DNA from: Candidatus Cloacimonadales bacterium
GTDB taxonomy: Bacteria > Cloacimonadota > Cloacimonadia > Cloacimonadales > JAIOQZ01
Length of the DNA: 64,000 nucleotides
Direction of reading: 5' to 3'
Assembly (NCBI GenBank): GCA_963662655.2
Contig: CAXXTU010000002.1
Location: forward strand, 672,001-736,000
In this document: positions 1 to 8,280 of the stretch, one piece after another
How positions within the stretch are numbered: position 1 is the stretch's first letter
Layout: each line of letters begins with the position of its first letter
Made by a program: the position numbers and the translations under genes
The notes under the pieces: generated by a model
The model's input: only the letters and a program-made list of their open reading frames with translations
Databases searched by the model: none
Told to the model about the DNA's origin: nothing

Positions 1-390
1 GTGGAGCTGGAGAACCATGCGCTGACAGCATGCCGTGTCGCGCTCGAGATGCGGGTCGTGCTGGATAAGCTGCAAGACAAATGGCGACAGGAAGGCAAGC
101 AGATATTCGAGATCGGTATCGGCGTGAACAGTGGCCCTGCGACGGTTGGAAACCTGGGTTCGGAGCAGATATTCGATTACACCGCGATTGGCGACAACAT
201 CAATCTCGGTGCGCGCCTGGAAGCCCTGAACAAGGAATACGACGCCGAACACAAGATTATTTTGAGCGAAAGGACCCTCGCGCTTGTCAAAGATGACGTC
301 GATGTGCGTTACCTTGGTGAGGTGAAGGTTAAAGGTAAAGAGGAAGCGGTGAAGATTTATTCGCTGATTGGCCTGAAGGAATCGAGCTAG
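1..390 (+). CDS. Class III adenylate/guanylate cyclase, C-terminal part (truncated by window start)
   Basis: Motifs IGIGVNSG...VGNLGS..IFDYTAIGDNINLGARLE and VKVKGK. Confidence 0.9.
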   Translation: MELENHALTACRVALEMRVVLDKLQDKWRQEGKQIFEIGIGVNSGPATVGNLGSEQIFDYTAIGDNINLGARLEALNKEYDAEHKIILSERTLALVKDDVDVRYLGEVKVKGKEEAVKIYSLIGLKESS

Positions 391-402
391 ACTGGAGATG
401 GA

Positions 403-876
403 ATGTACGATAAAATCAAGAAACTGCATGAATTGAAATCATTGTTGGAACTGCACGATGGGAAAAGGGTGGTCTTCACGAACGGGTGTTTCGACATCAT
501 CCATATCGGGCATGTCGTGTATTTGAGCGAGGCGAAGTCGTTGGGCGACATCCTTGTGGTGGGTCTGAACAGCGATGCTTCGGTGAAGCGATTAAAGGGT
601 GAGGAGCGTCCCGTGAACAACGAGCGTGACCGCGCAACGGTGCTTTCCGCGCTGCAATCCGTGGATTATGTGACGATCTTCGACGAAGATACGCCCTACG
701 AGCTTATCAGCGAGCTGATCCCCGATATTCTGGTTAAGGGCGGTGACTGGGGAATCGACCAGATCGTGGGCGCGGATGTCGTCATGAAGAACGGCGGGAC
801 GGTTAAAAGCCTGCGATTCGTGCAGGGGAAATCCACTACGGATATCATCAACCGCATCAAGGATAAGGGTGAGTAG
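403..876 (+). CDS. rfaE2: D-glycero-beta-D-manno-heptose 1-phosphate adenylyltransferase (RfaE domain II)
   Basis: [44 protein letters not shown]. Confidence 0.9.
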   Translation: MYDKIKKLHELKSLLELHDGKRVVFTNGCFDIIHIGHVVYLSEAKSLGDILVVGLNSDASVKRLKGEERPVNNERDRATVLSALQSVDYVTIFDEDTPYELISELIPDILVKGGDWGIDQIVGADVVMKNGGTVKSLRFVQGKSTTDIINRIKDKGE

Positions 877-878
877 AC

Positions 879-1304
879 ATGCAAATGGACGATGGAATTG
901 AAAAAGGGATTGTGAAGAGCTGCGAGAACGGTTTCGCGACGATTATTGTGGGCAGAACGGGCTCCTGCGACAGTTGCATGATCAATGGGTTGTGCATGGG
1001 CAAGAACAAGACAATCGAGCACAAGATCAAGACGGACTTGCCTCTCAAGGCCGGCGATTGCGTCCATCTGGAGATCGCCCCGGCGTCGAGGATCATGTCG
1101 TCGTTCGTCGTGTTCATCTTCCCGATTCTGATGATGATGGTTTTCTTTGCGATCTCGCGATACGCGTTTCACCTTGCGGAGGCGATGAGTATTATCATCT
1201 CTCTGGTCGGGCTCATCCTGAGCGGTGTTGTCATATACTGGTTCGATAAAAAGATGGGCGACAAGATCAGGGTGGAAATTATCGAGAAGCTGGAGGAAGC
1301 ATGA
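879..1304 (+). CDS. RseC/MucC (SoxR reducing system) family membrane protein
   Basis: CDSC...GLC cysteine cluster, 'GDCV.LEI', two C-terminal TM helices. Confidence 0.75.
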   Translation: MQMDDGIEKGIVKSCENGFATIIVGRTGSCDSCMINGLCMGKNKTIEHKIKTDLPLKAGDCVHLEIAPASRIMSSFVVFIFPILMMMVFFAISRYAFHLAEAMSIIISLVGLILSGVVIYWFDKKMGDKIRVEIIEKLEEA

Positions 1305-1657
1305 AGGTACATCTCAACAATATGATTTTCTACGGTTACCACGGCGTGCATCCCGAAGAACGCAAGCTGGGGCAGCGATTCATCGTTACGCTCACGTTCG
1401 AGACGGATCCCGAGCTCGATACCAGTATCCAAACGCTGGAGCAGACGGTGGATTATACCCGGGTGTTCGACGATGTGAAGCATATCATGGAGACGCATCA
1501 GTTTTACATTCTCGAGAAGTGTGCGAATGAAATCCTCGATGTAATTTTGACGAACTATCCCAAGATCGTCAAGGCGAACATCAGCATCCGCAAGCCTTTT
1601 GTTGCGATCAACGCTTCGCTGGATGGCGTGGAAGTCGAGATGGAGCGGGAGAGGTAA
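1301..1657 (+). CDS. folB: Dihydroneopterin aldolase
   Basis: FYGYHGVHPEERKLGQRF...TVDY...LE...KP. Confidence 0.93.
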   Translation: MKVHLNNMIFYGYHGVHPEERKLGQRFIVTLTFETDPELDTSIQTLEQTVDYTRVFDDVKHIMETHQFYILEKCANEILDVILTNYPKIVKANISIRKPFVAINASLDGVEVEMERER

Positions 1658-1668
1658 CGCGTACGAAG

Positions 1669-2124
1669 ATGATAGCCTACCTGTCGCTCGGATCGAATCT
1701 GGGAGATCGTGAAGAGACTATTTTGCATGCGATCCGGCAGCTTTGCGAGATACCGGATGTCGCACTTGTCGGGCAAAGCAGCATCGTCGAGACAGAACCC
1801 TGGGGCTATACGAAACAGCCGCAGTTCTTGAATTGCGCTGTTTCAATCGAGACAACGCTTTTGCCCGGCGAACTCCTGAAAGCCTGCCAGCAAATCGAGA
1901 ACATCATTGGCCGCAAAAGGGAAATCCACTGGGGGCCGCGAGCCATCGACATCGATATCGTGTTCTACGGCGACAGGATCATTCAGGAGGAAGCGCTGAT
2001 CATTCCACATCCTCACGCGCACGAAAGACGGTTTGTTCTCGATCCGATCGCCGAGATCGCCCCGGATTTCGTTCATCCGCTCCTGAAGCTTACGATTGCC
2101 GAAATGATTCGGCGACTCGGTTAG
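1669..2124 (+). CDS. folK: 2-amino-4-hydroxy-6-hydroxymethyldihydropteridine diphosphokinase
   Basis: AYLSLGSNLGDR, ETEPWG, WGPRAIDIDI, PHP..HERRFVL. Confidence 0.95.
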   Translation: MIAYLSLGSNLGDREETILHAIRQLCEIPDVALVGQSSIVETEPWGYTKQPQFLNCAVSIETTLLPGELLKACQQIENIIGRKREIHWGPRAIDIDIVFYGDRIIQEEALIIPHPHAHERRFVLDPIAEIAPDFVHPLLKLTIAEMIRRLG

Positions 2125-2138
2125 CTTCAGCTTACTCT

Positions 2139-3011
2139 TTATTGCAAAACTGCACGATACTTTTCCACCATTCGCATCGGCTTGTACGATTGCTTTGCCT
2201 TGCGCAGGCCTTCGATACCTAAATCGCACTCCCGATTCACGTAGGTGTACTGGCTCCACTCGTTCTTCAGGAATTGCTGATTGATGAACTGGTACAATCC
2301 ACGGAAGTCGTCATTGGCCTTTTCTATGTGGATTACCACCATGTCGTCCGTGATGGGTTCGCCAAAGGTAAATGCCTCGATTTTACCGTTCACCTCGATG
2401 TACGCGCCCACGTAATGGAGCTTCTCGAATTGCTCGAGCGATCTGATGATGCCGATCTTCTCGCGATGCAGGTCAGCAAAGTGTTCGCAGTTGCGCCGGT
2501 TGCACCACTCCAGTTGAGAGTGGATGACTTTCTGCGTTGTCTCTGGCGTAAGGCGATGGTACTCGAACTGGTAGTCGCGCTCGAATCCGAGGATGAAATT
2601 ACGCTTGTTTCGGTACTTCCGACCGGGGAGATCTATCAGTTCCTGCACCGAGAAGATGTAGTCGTCGCGATCTTCCGTATGCGTGAACTGGAATGCGCCG
2701 GGCATCGCCTCTTCCAGCCTGTTCTTCATCGATTCATCAAGGCACCGCAAAACCAGCGGCTCTGGGCCGTGCTCTTCCTTCAGTTTATGGATTAACTGCG
2801 TCAGGTCGCCGCTTCCGATCGGGAAGAAGTAGTCATGTGCCTTGAGTCCCTGGCGAATGACCAGGAAGCCGTCCATTTCCCTGTAACGCATGTCCTGACC
2901 CACCTGCCAGATGTACAGGTTGGTAAAATTCAATTCCGACGTTTCCGTTTCCAGCTCCGTAAGGTAGCTGTTGATAATCTCTTTATCTTCTATCTCTATG
3001 GGTTTCCACAT
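2139..3011 (-). CDS. DUF2156 / phosphatidylglycerol lysyltransferase C-terminal-like protein
   Basis: SELNFTNLYIW, DYIF...L..L.GRKY..KRN, HIEKA, YVNRECDLGIEGLRKAK.SY.P. Confidence 0.8.
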   Translation of the reverse strand: MWKPIEIEDKEIINSYLTELETETSELNFTNLYIWQVGQDMRYREMDGFLVIRQGLKAHDYFFPIGSGDLTQLIHKLKEEHGPEPLVLRCLDESMKNRLEEAMPGAFQFTHTEDRDDYIFSVQELIDLPGRKYRNKRNFILGFERDYQFEYHRLTPETTQKVIHSQLEWCNRRNCEHFADLHREKIGIIRSLEQFEKLHYVGAYIEVNGKIEAFTFGEPITDDMVVIHIEKANDDFRGLYQFINQQFLKNEWSQYTYVNRECDLGIEGLRKAKQSYKPMRMVEKYRAVLQ

Positions 3012-3144
3012 TTTCTGTCTCCATCTCTGTATCGGGATGTAGTTTTCTGGAATTATTTCATGATGTCAAACAATATCTTCAACGAATGTCGTTTATTCAT
3101 CGATAGGGAATAAGCACCGACGTGAATCGTGAGCTGACGACCCG

Positions 3145-3322
3145 GCGGGACGGCGCTGTCGCTTCGCGACGGAACATTTCCTATGTTGTTTTCTATAACG
3201 AACAACATAGGAAATGTTCCAGGAAACCCTCGAACAAGTCCCCGCGACATGCGTCAGTTGGCGGTTGTTATCGGCGTATGGTGCATGTCGCGGGGACGTT
3301 CGGGTTTCCAGCGCCGTCCCGC
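3145..3322. repeat. Intergenic palindromic element folding into a four-way junction (REP-like or structured ssDNA/RNA)
   Basis: Outer stem 3145-3157/3310-3322; hairpins 3158-3170, 3171-3220 (perfect 20-bp arms) and 3222-3309. Confidence 0.75.
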
Positions 3323-3342
3323 GGACTGGTCTGGCGAAAAAA

Positions 3343-3367
3343 AGCGGCAGACGTATCGACTGCCGCT
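3343..3367 (-). terminator. Intrinsic terminator of the C10 peptidase gene
   Basis: AGCGGCAG/CTGCCGCT stem followed by a T-run on the minus strand. Confidence 0.75.
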
Positions 3368-3386
3368 CTCTGATGGTGCAAAGACT

Positions 3387-6377
3387 TTATTTGATGAGCA
3401 TCATTTTCCGGGTGGTGCTTTGCGAACCAGCGTCGAGGCGATACAAGTATATGCCAGAGCCTACCTTCCTGCCGTTTCGGTCTTCGCCGTCCCAAACAAT
3501 CTTGTGCACACCTGATTGGTATCCGGTAAAGTCACGAATCAGTTCGCCCTTCAGATTGAAGATTCTAACTTTCGCCGTATCGTTCTCCTTAACGGTGAAC
3601 AAGATGGTTGTCGACGGATTGAATGGGTTCGGGTAGGCTGCTTCGAGCTTGTTTACCAGCACAACCTCCGGCGTTTCCTCGTCCGATTCCGAATACTGCA
3701 CCGTAACGGAAACCGGACCATATAGCTTACTCGATCCGTCCAGATTCACGCCTTGAAGCCAGTAATGAAAGGTCGCATCGGACGTGACATCAGTATCGAG
3801 ATAGTTGTAATCCGCTCCGTCCGGCTCGTTCTGAGAGGGAATCATCTGTAGATTGACCTGAAGAGACTCATCCAGCACGTCGGTGACGGATCGCAAGACG
3901 TTGTATCCTGCCATTTCCGATTCAGATTGCGTGATCCACTCGAGCTTCACGGCTTCTTCAGAGGTTACGATCGCTGAAAACGATGATAGCTCCACAGGCA
4001 ATGTGTGATTCGCACCACCACTCATGGTGAACTCGCTGAAAGAAGTCGTGTTTGCGTAGAGGTAATCGTCCAGATCGCCGTTGATGTCGTTGTTGTCATG
4101 ATAGAACAGATTCCCGAGCAGCGTGAAATCCCCACTCAGATAGTCGCTACGATGCCACAGTTGAATCCCGGTATCCGTATCGTTGTCCATGGTGAGGAAG
4201 AGGGATGTGTCGATTCCGCCGGAAGAGATTTGATTGAGCTGATCGACGTTGAACTGCAATTGCCCGTTCAAGAAGGTGAATCCCGTGTTGTTCGTGATCA
4301 CAAAAGAAAAATCTGCCGGATTGGGCGCAGAAAGGAACGCGATTCCAGGTTCCTGTGGAGCTTCTTCAATAACGTCGATTGTGACATCGTTGGTAATAGC
4401 CCCGGCAACTCCCGTGAAATTGATATCCAGCCCGGTTGTCGGGAAGGGCACGATTCCGTCTGCGGCTGTCTGCGTACTTGTTCCTGTGGGTGGATAAACG
4501 TCCGTAATGAAATCAACGACAGGCCCGAAGCCGAAAAGACCGCTGCTGTTGACCGCGTAAGCACATGCATTGTAACGCAAGCCCGGCGCAAGACCGGTCA
4601 GGATTATAGAGAATGATCCCACATCCGTACCGGTAGCCGGCACGAACAATCCGGAAGAAGGCACATTATTGTAAGGTGCGTAGCAAATACCGCGCTGAAT
4701 GAGGCTTGCTCCGCCATTGTCGGTGACGGTTCCACCCAGAGTGGCGCGATGATGAAGGATTGCAGTTGCCGGATCCGTTGCTGAAACCGTAGGATTTGTG
4801 ATAGGCGAGGACTCGATCTGCAAATCCTCCAGGAAGATGTAGTAGTAAGTGGCATCGTCGGTTCCCGTTGTCTTGAATCCCAGATAGATCGATTGCCCGG
4901 CATAGTTGGATAGGTCGAAGCTCGACTGAGACCAGCTCGTTCCCACACCGATGGTTCCAAGTTGCGTGTTGAAATCCGTAGTGTAGTTGTTGCCGGTTGT
5001 GGAGATGTAGACGTTGAATCCCTGGTTGAAGGAGTTGAGCCTGTTCGTCCAAAGCGTGAATGTGTCCTGCGTGTTTGATGGCAGCGTGATCTGCGGAGAT
5101 ATCAGCCAGACATTGGGGTGCTTCGCGCCGAGATAATGCACTCCCGTATGAGGGTTCGAGTAATAATACAGCCAGTCATCGGTGGAGTCTCCGTTGTAAT
5201 CGAGATTCCATCCAGCAACATCGAAGCCGTCCCACGAAGTGAACAGAGGGTAGGTGTTGGTCGATGTACTTGGCTTGATGCCTATAATAATGTTGTTGCT
5301 TGAAGAATAATTATGCGTCCCGGGATTCAAGCTCCCAATGGCAAAATAGCCATTATAAGCCCCACCCCAACCCCAGTTGAAGTGGAAATAATCACTGTCG
5401 TTGTATCCGTCGCACACGAACGCGTGTCCGCCGGTTCCCGATCCGGCATAGAGCACGGGGCGACCCGCGTTGTGCTCAGCCTTGAGCATGTTCTTCCACG
5501 AGGTCAGATCGCTGTATTCATGGTAGGTCAGGCCGTTATCGTAGTTGAAGAACATGACCAGCGCTTTGAGCGCGCTTCCCATCTGTGCGCCGGATCCGGT
5601 AGGACCGAAATTCATATCGACCGATACCGCGCAGTCGTAGATCAAGCCTTGAACCGCGTTTTTCTGAGTGGTAGTCGATCCGCTGGTTACTGCGGTGGGC
5701 ATGTTGAGCCAGCTATAGGTTGTCGAACCGAAATTCGCGGATTCGGTACCGTATGCTGAAGTGTAGGAGTGCGAACCGTAACCGACCGCGGGATGTGAGT
5801 GGTAACGCATGACTTGCGCCATCGCTGTCGCGACACAACCTGCCCATACATTATTGTTACTCGCTGTGGACGTAATATCGTAGGGGCATTGCTCGTTGTA
5901 GTACTGTCCCTGGTTCCATGTGGTTGTGACGAGCGCGTTCACGCCCCTCGAGAGCGGATAATGCGAGAACTGACTGCTCTCGATATCCTGCCATAGGGGA
6001 AGAGTGCCTTCGTTGGTGAGTTTTTCGTTCATGAACTGGTCGATCTGCCGGTGATAGTCTTCAAACCATTCCTGAACTGCCGGATGCGTGATATCGCTCA
6101 CGGCGACGTTGGTCTCCGAATACCCCAGAACTGGAATCACACTGTCGTCGGCGGGAATGATAACGAATCCCCCCTCGGAAAAACTAACGATGTAAAGACT
6201 AGTGTGACCTTGATAGTCAAGCGTTGTAACGTCGGATGCGGTAGCTCTGGCGCCTTTGACGTGTGTAAGCCAGTTTGATGCGATTACCTGTGCTCGCTCC
6301 ATCGATACGGATGCAGCGAACACCTGGGTAATCAAAAGGAGAAGGAGAAAAAACCAAGCGCAGCGTTTCATAATCAT
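3387..6377 (-). CDS. Secreted C10 (streptopain-like) cysteine peptidase with Spi/I69 prodomain, adhesin-like middle region and FlgD/T9SS-like CTD
   Basis: Signal peptide; WNQG.YYN..CP, AGCVATAMAQVM, GHAFVCDGY, FHFNWGWGG; C-terminal YPNPFNPST. Confidence 0.88.
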   Translation of the reverse strand: MIMKRCAWFFLLLLLITQVFAASVSMERAQVIASNWLTHVKGARATASDVTTLDYQGHTSLYIVSFSEGGFVIIPADDSVIPVLGYSETNVAVSDITHPAVQEWFEDYHRQIDQFMNEKLTNEGTLPLWQDIESSQFSHYPLSRGVNALVTTTWNQGQYYNEQCPYDITSTASNNNVWAGCVATAMAQVMRYHSHPAVGYGSHSYTSAYGTESANFGSTTYSWLNMPTAVTSGSTTTQKNAVQGLIYDCAVSVDMNFGPTGSGAQMGSALKALVMFFNYDNGLTYHEYSDLTSWKNMLKAEHNAGRPVLYAGSGTGGHAFVCDGYNDSDYFHFNWGWGGAYNGYFAIGSLNPGTHNYSSSNNIIIGIKPSTSTNTYPLFTSWDGFDVAGWNLDYNGDSTDDWLYYYSNPHTGVHYLGAKHPNVWLISPQITLPSNTQDTFTLWTNRLNSFNQGFNVYISTTGNNYTTDFNTQLGTIGVGTSWSQSSFDLSNYAGQSIYLGFKTTGTDDATYYYIFLEDLQIESSPITNPTVSATDPATAILHHRATLGGTVTDNGGASLIQRGICYAPYNNVPSSGLFVPATGTDVGSFSIILTGLAPGLRYNACAYAVNSSGLFGFGPVVDFITDVYPPTGTSTQTAADGIVPFPTTGLDINFTGVAGAITNDVTIDVIEEAPQEPGIAFLSAPNPADFSFVITNNTGFTFLNGQLQFNVDQLNQISSGGIDTSLFLTMDNDTDTGIQLWHRSDYLSGDFTLLGNLFYHDNNDINGDLDDYLYANTTSFSEFTMSGGANHTLPVELSSFSAIVTSEEAVKLEWITQSESEMAGYNVLRSVTDVLDESLQVNLQMIPSQNEPDGADYNYLDTDVTSDATFHYWLQGVNLDGSSKLYGPVSVTVQYSESDEETPEVVLVNKLEAAYPNPFNPSTTILFTVKENDTAKVRIFNLKGELIRDFTGYQSGVHKIVWDGEDRNGRKVGSGIYLYRLDAGSQSTTRKMMLIK

Positions 6378-6446
6378 CCTCTCTTTCTTAATGATGTATT
6401 ACGAAACAATGATAGCGCAAGAAATGCGATCTGTAAAGTTTTTCCT

Positions 6447-7655
6447 CTATTCGTGATGAACTTTATTCACTATTAATCCAAGGTCGTAGCCCACTTCGAT
6501 GAATCGCCCGATCGCCTTGCCGATCTGCTCGCGCGTGTGCGCCGCCGAAAGCTGGACACGGATGCGGGCCTTACCCATCGGAACCACGGGATACGCGAAT
6601 CCGATCACGTAGATGCCATGTTCGAGCAGCATGTCCGCCATTTTGAGAGCCAGTGGTTCGTCGTAAATCATCACGGGAACGATCGCCGTGTGTCCATCGA
6701 TGAGGTCGAATCCAGCGCGCTTCATGCAGTGCCTGAAGAAGATCGCGTTATCCACGACTTTGTTGCGCATGGCCGTGCTCTCTTCCAGGAGTTCGATCGC
6801 TCGAATGGTGGCGGCTGCGATGACCGGAGCCAGCGAATTCGAGAAGAGGTAGGGTCTGGAGCGTTGGCGAAGCATGTCGATGATTTCGCTCCTGCCCGAG
6901 ACGCATCCGCCGGAAGCGCCGCCAAGCGCCTTTCCGAACGTTGTTGTGATGATGTCGACACGGTCCATGACGTCGTGATACTCGTGGGTGCCGCGTCCGG
7001 TTTTTCCAATGTATCCGGTGGCGTGGGATTCGTCTATCATGACCAGCGCGTCGTATTTGTCAGCCAGATCGCAAATCTCGTCCAGCTTGGCGATGTCGCC
7101 GTCCATGGAGAAAACGCCGTCGGTGGTGATAAGTTTGTATTTGGCCGAAGCTGCTTCCTGGAGGCACTTTTCGAGTTCTTCCATGTCGGAGTGCTTGTAA
7201 CGCAAGCGCTGTGCCTTGCAGAGGCGAACGCCGTCGATGATGGAGGCGTGGTTCAATTCGTCAGAGATGATCGCCGAATCGCTACCGAGAAGCGGTTCGA
7301 AGACGCCGCCGTTCGCGTCGAAGGCGGATGAGAAGAGGATGGTGTCTTCCATCCCGAGGAACTGGCTGATCTTGACTTCAAGCTCCTTGTGGATGTCCTG
7401 CGTTCCGCAGATGAAGCGGACGGACGAAAGCCCGAATCCCCAGCGATCGATCGCTTCATGCGCCGCTTTGATGATCTCGGGATGGCTGGAGAGTCCCAGG
7501 TAATTGTTCGCGCAGAAGTTAAGTACCTTGCTTCCGTCTCTCAGCGTGATTTCGGGATTCTGAGGAGATGACAGAATCCGCTCGTGTTTATATAATCCCC
7601 TGGCCTTCAGTTCATCGATGGTGGTTTGCAAATCCGATTTCATGTGTGTAAACAT
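6447..7655 (-). CDS. kbl: Glycine C-acetyltransferase (2-amino-3-ketobutyrate CoA ligase)
   Basis: [58 protein letters not shown]; start moved to ATG 7655 after an AAGGA. Confidence 0.93.
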   Translation of the reverse strand: MFTHMKSDLQTTIDELKARGLYKHERILSSPQNPEITLRDGSKVLNFCANNYLGLSSHPEIIKAAHEAIDRWGFGLSSVRFICGTQDIHKELEVKISQFLGMEDTILFSSAFDANGGVFEPLLGSDSAIISDELNHASIIDGVRLCKAQRLRYKHSDMEELEKCLQEAASAKYKLITTDGVFSMDGDIAKLDEICDLADKYDALVMIDESHATGYIGKTGRGTHEYHDVMDRVDIITTTFGKALGGASGGCVSGRSEIIDMLRQRSRPYLFSNSLAPVIAAATIRAIELLEESTAMRNKVVDNAIFFRHCMKRAGFDLIDGHTAIVPVMIYDEPLALKMADMLLEHGIYVIGFAYPVVPMGKARIRVQLSAAHTREQIGKAIGRFIEVGYDLGLIVNKVHHE

Positions 7656-7886
7656 CTTTCGCAATTCCTTTGTAATATTTTTCCGTCTTAAAATACCCGG
7701 AAGGGTACTTTGTAAAGGATTTTCTGTGGGATTAATACCATTTCCGCTTTGACGATTCATTAATCAGAGAAACAGAGAATGCGGAAATGGTTTCCTTGGG
7801 TCGCTTCCCCGATTCGACATGTTCAATTTTATGGTTCTTCACTCGGGATATCGTGTCGTTGAGCACAATTCAACGGTCGCAAAAAG

Positions 7887-7917
7887 AACCGCAGGAAAGG
7901 ATGTGCTTCCTGCGGTT
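7887..7917 (-). terminator. Intrinsic terminator after the cold-shock gene
   Basis: AACCGCAGGAA/TTCCTGCGGTT stem, T-run on the minus strand. Confidence 0.65.
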
Positions 7918-7953
7918 TATGCATTAAACGGAGATGGGGAGGATCAGCCGTTG

Positions 7954-8172
7954 TTATACAGATGGGTTCAAGCGAATGATATTGATCGCCTGGACTCCTT
8001 TATCGGTATTCATAAGATCAAATTCAACGTCTTCGTTGGGATTCAGAACCTTGAGTTCCGTTGGGGTCTTGGTCACAATCGATTTCCAGTGTACAAAATA
8101 CTCCGTGTTGTCGTCCGACAGAATGAACCCGTATCCCTTGTTGCTGTTAAACCACTTTACTTTGCCTTTCAT
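7954..8172 (-). CDS. Cold-shock domain protein
   Basis: MKGKVKWFNSNKGYGFI...FVHW (RNP1/RNP2); AGGAG RBS. Confidence 0.92.
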   Translation of the reverse strand: MKGKVKWFNSNKGYGFILSDDNTEYFVHWKSIVTKTPTELKVLNPNEDVEFDLMNTDKGVQAINIIRLNPSV

Positions 8173-8241
8173 GATGCTCCTTAGGTTGATTACTCTTTGC
8201 AAATACAACGTCGGGTAGGAACCGCCGTTACGACAATTATG

Positions 8242-8271
8242 AAAAAAAGCCCGGGAGGTTTGCTCCCGGGC
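8242..8271 (-). terminator. Intrinsic terminator of ppdK
   Basis: GCCCGGGAG/CTCCCGGGC stem plus T7 on the minus strand. Confidence 0.8.
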
Positions 8272-8280
8272 GTTCGTTAT

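Noticed and set aside
3145..3322. Four-way elements as integron attC sites
   Set aside because: No clear RYYYAAC/GTTRRRY ends, a multibranch rather than single-stem fold, and no IntI in the window.
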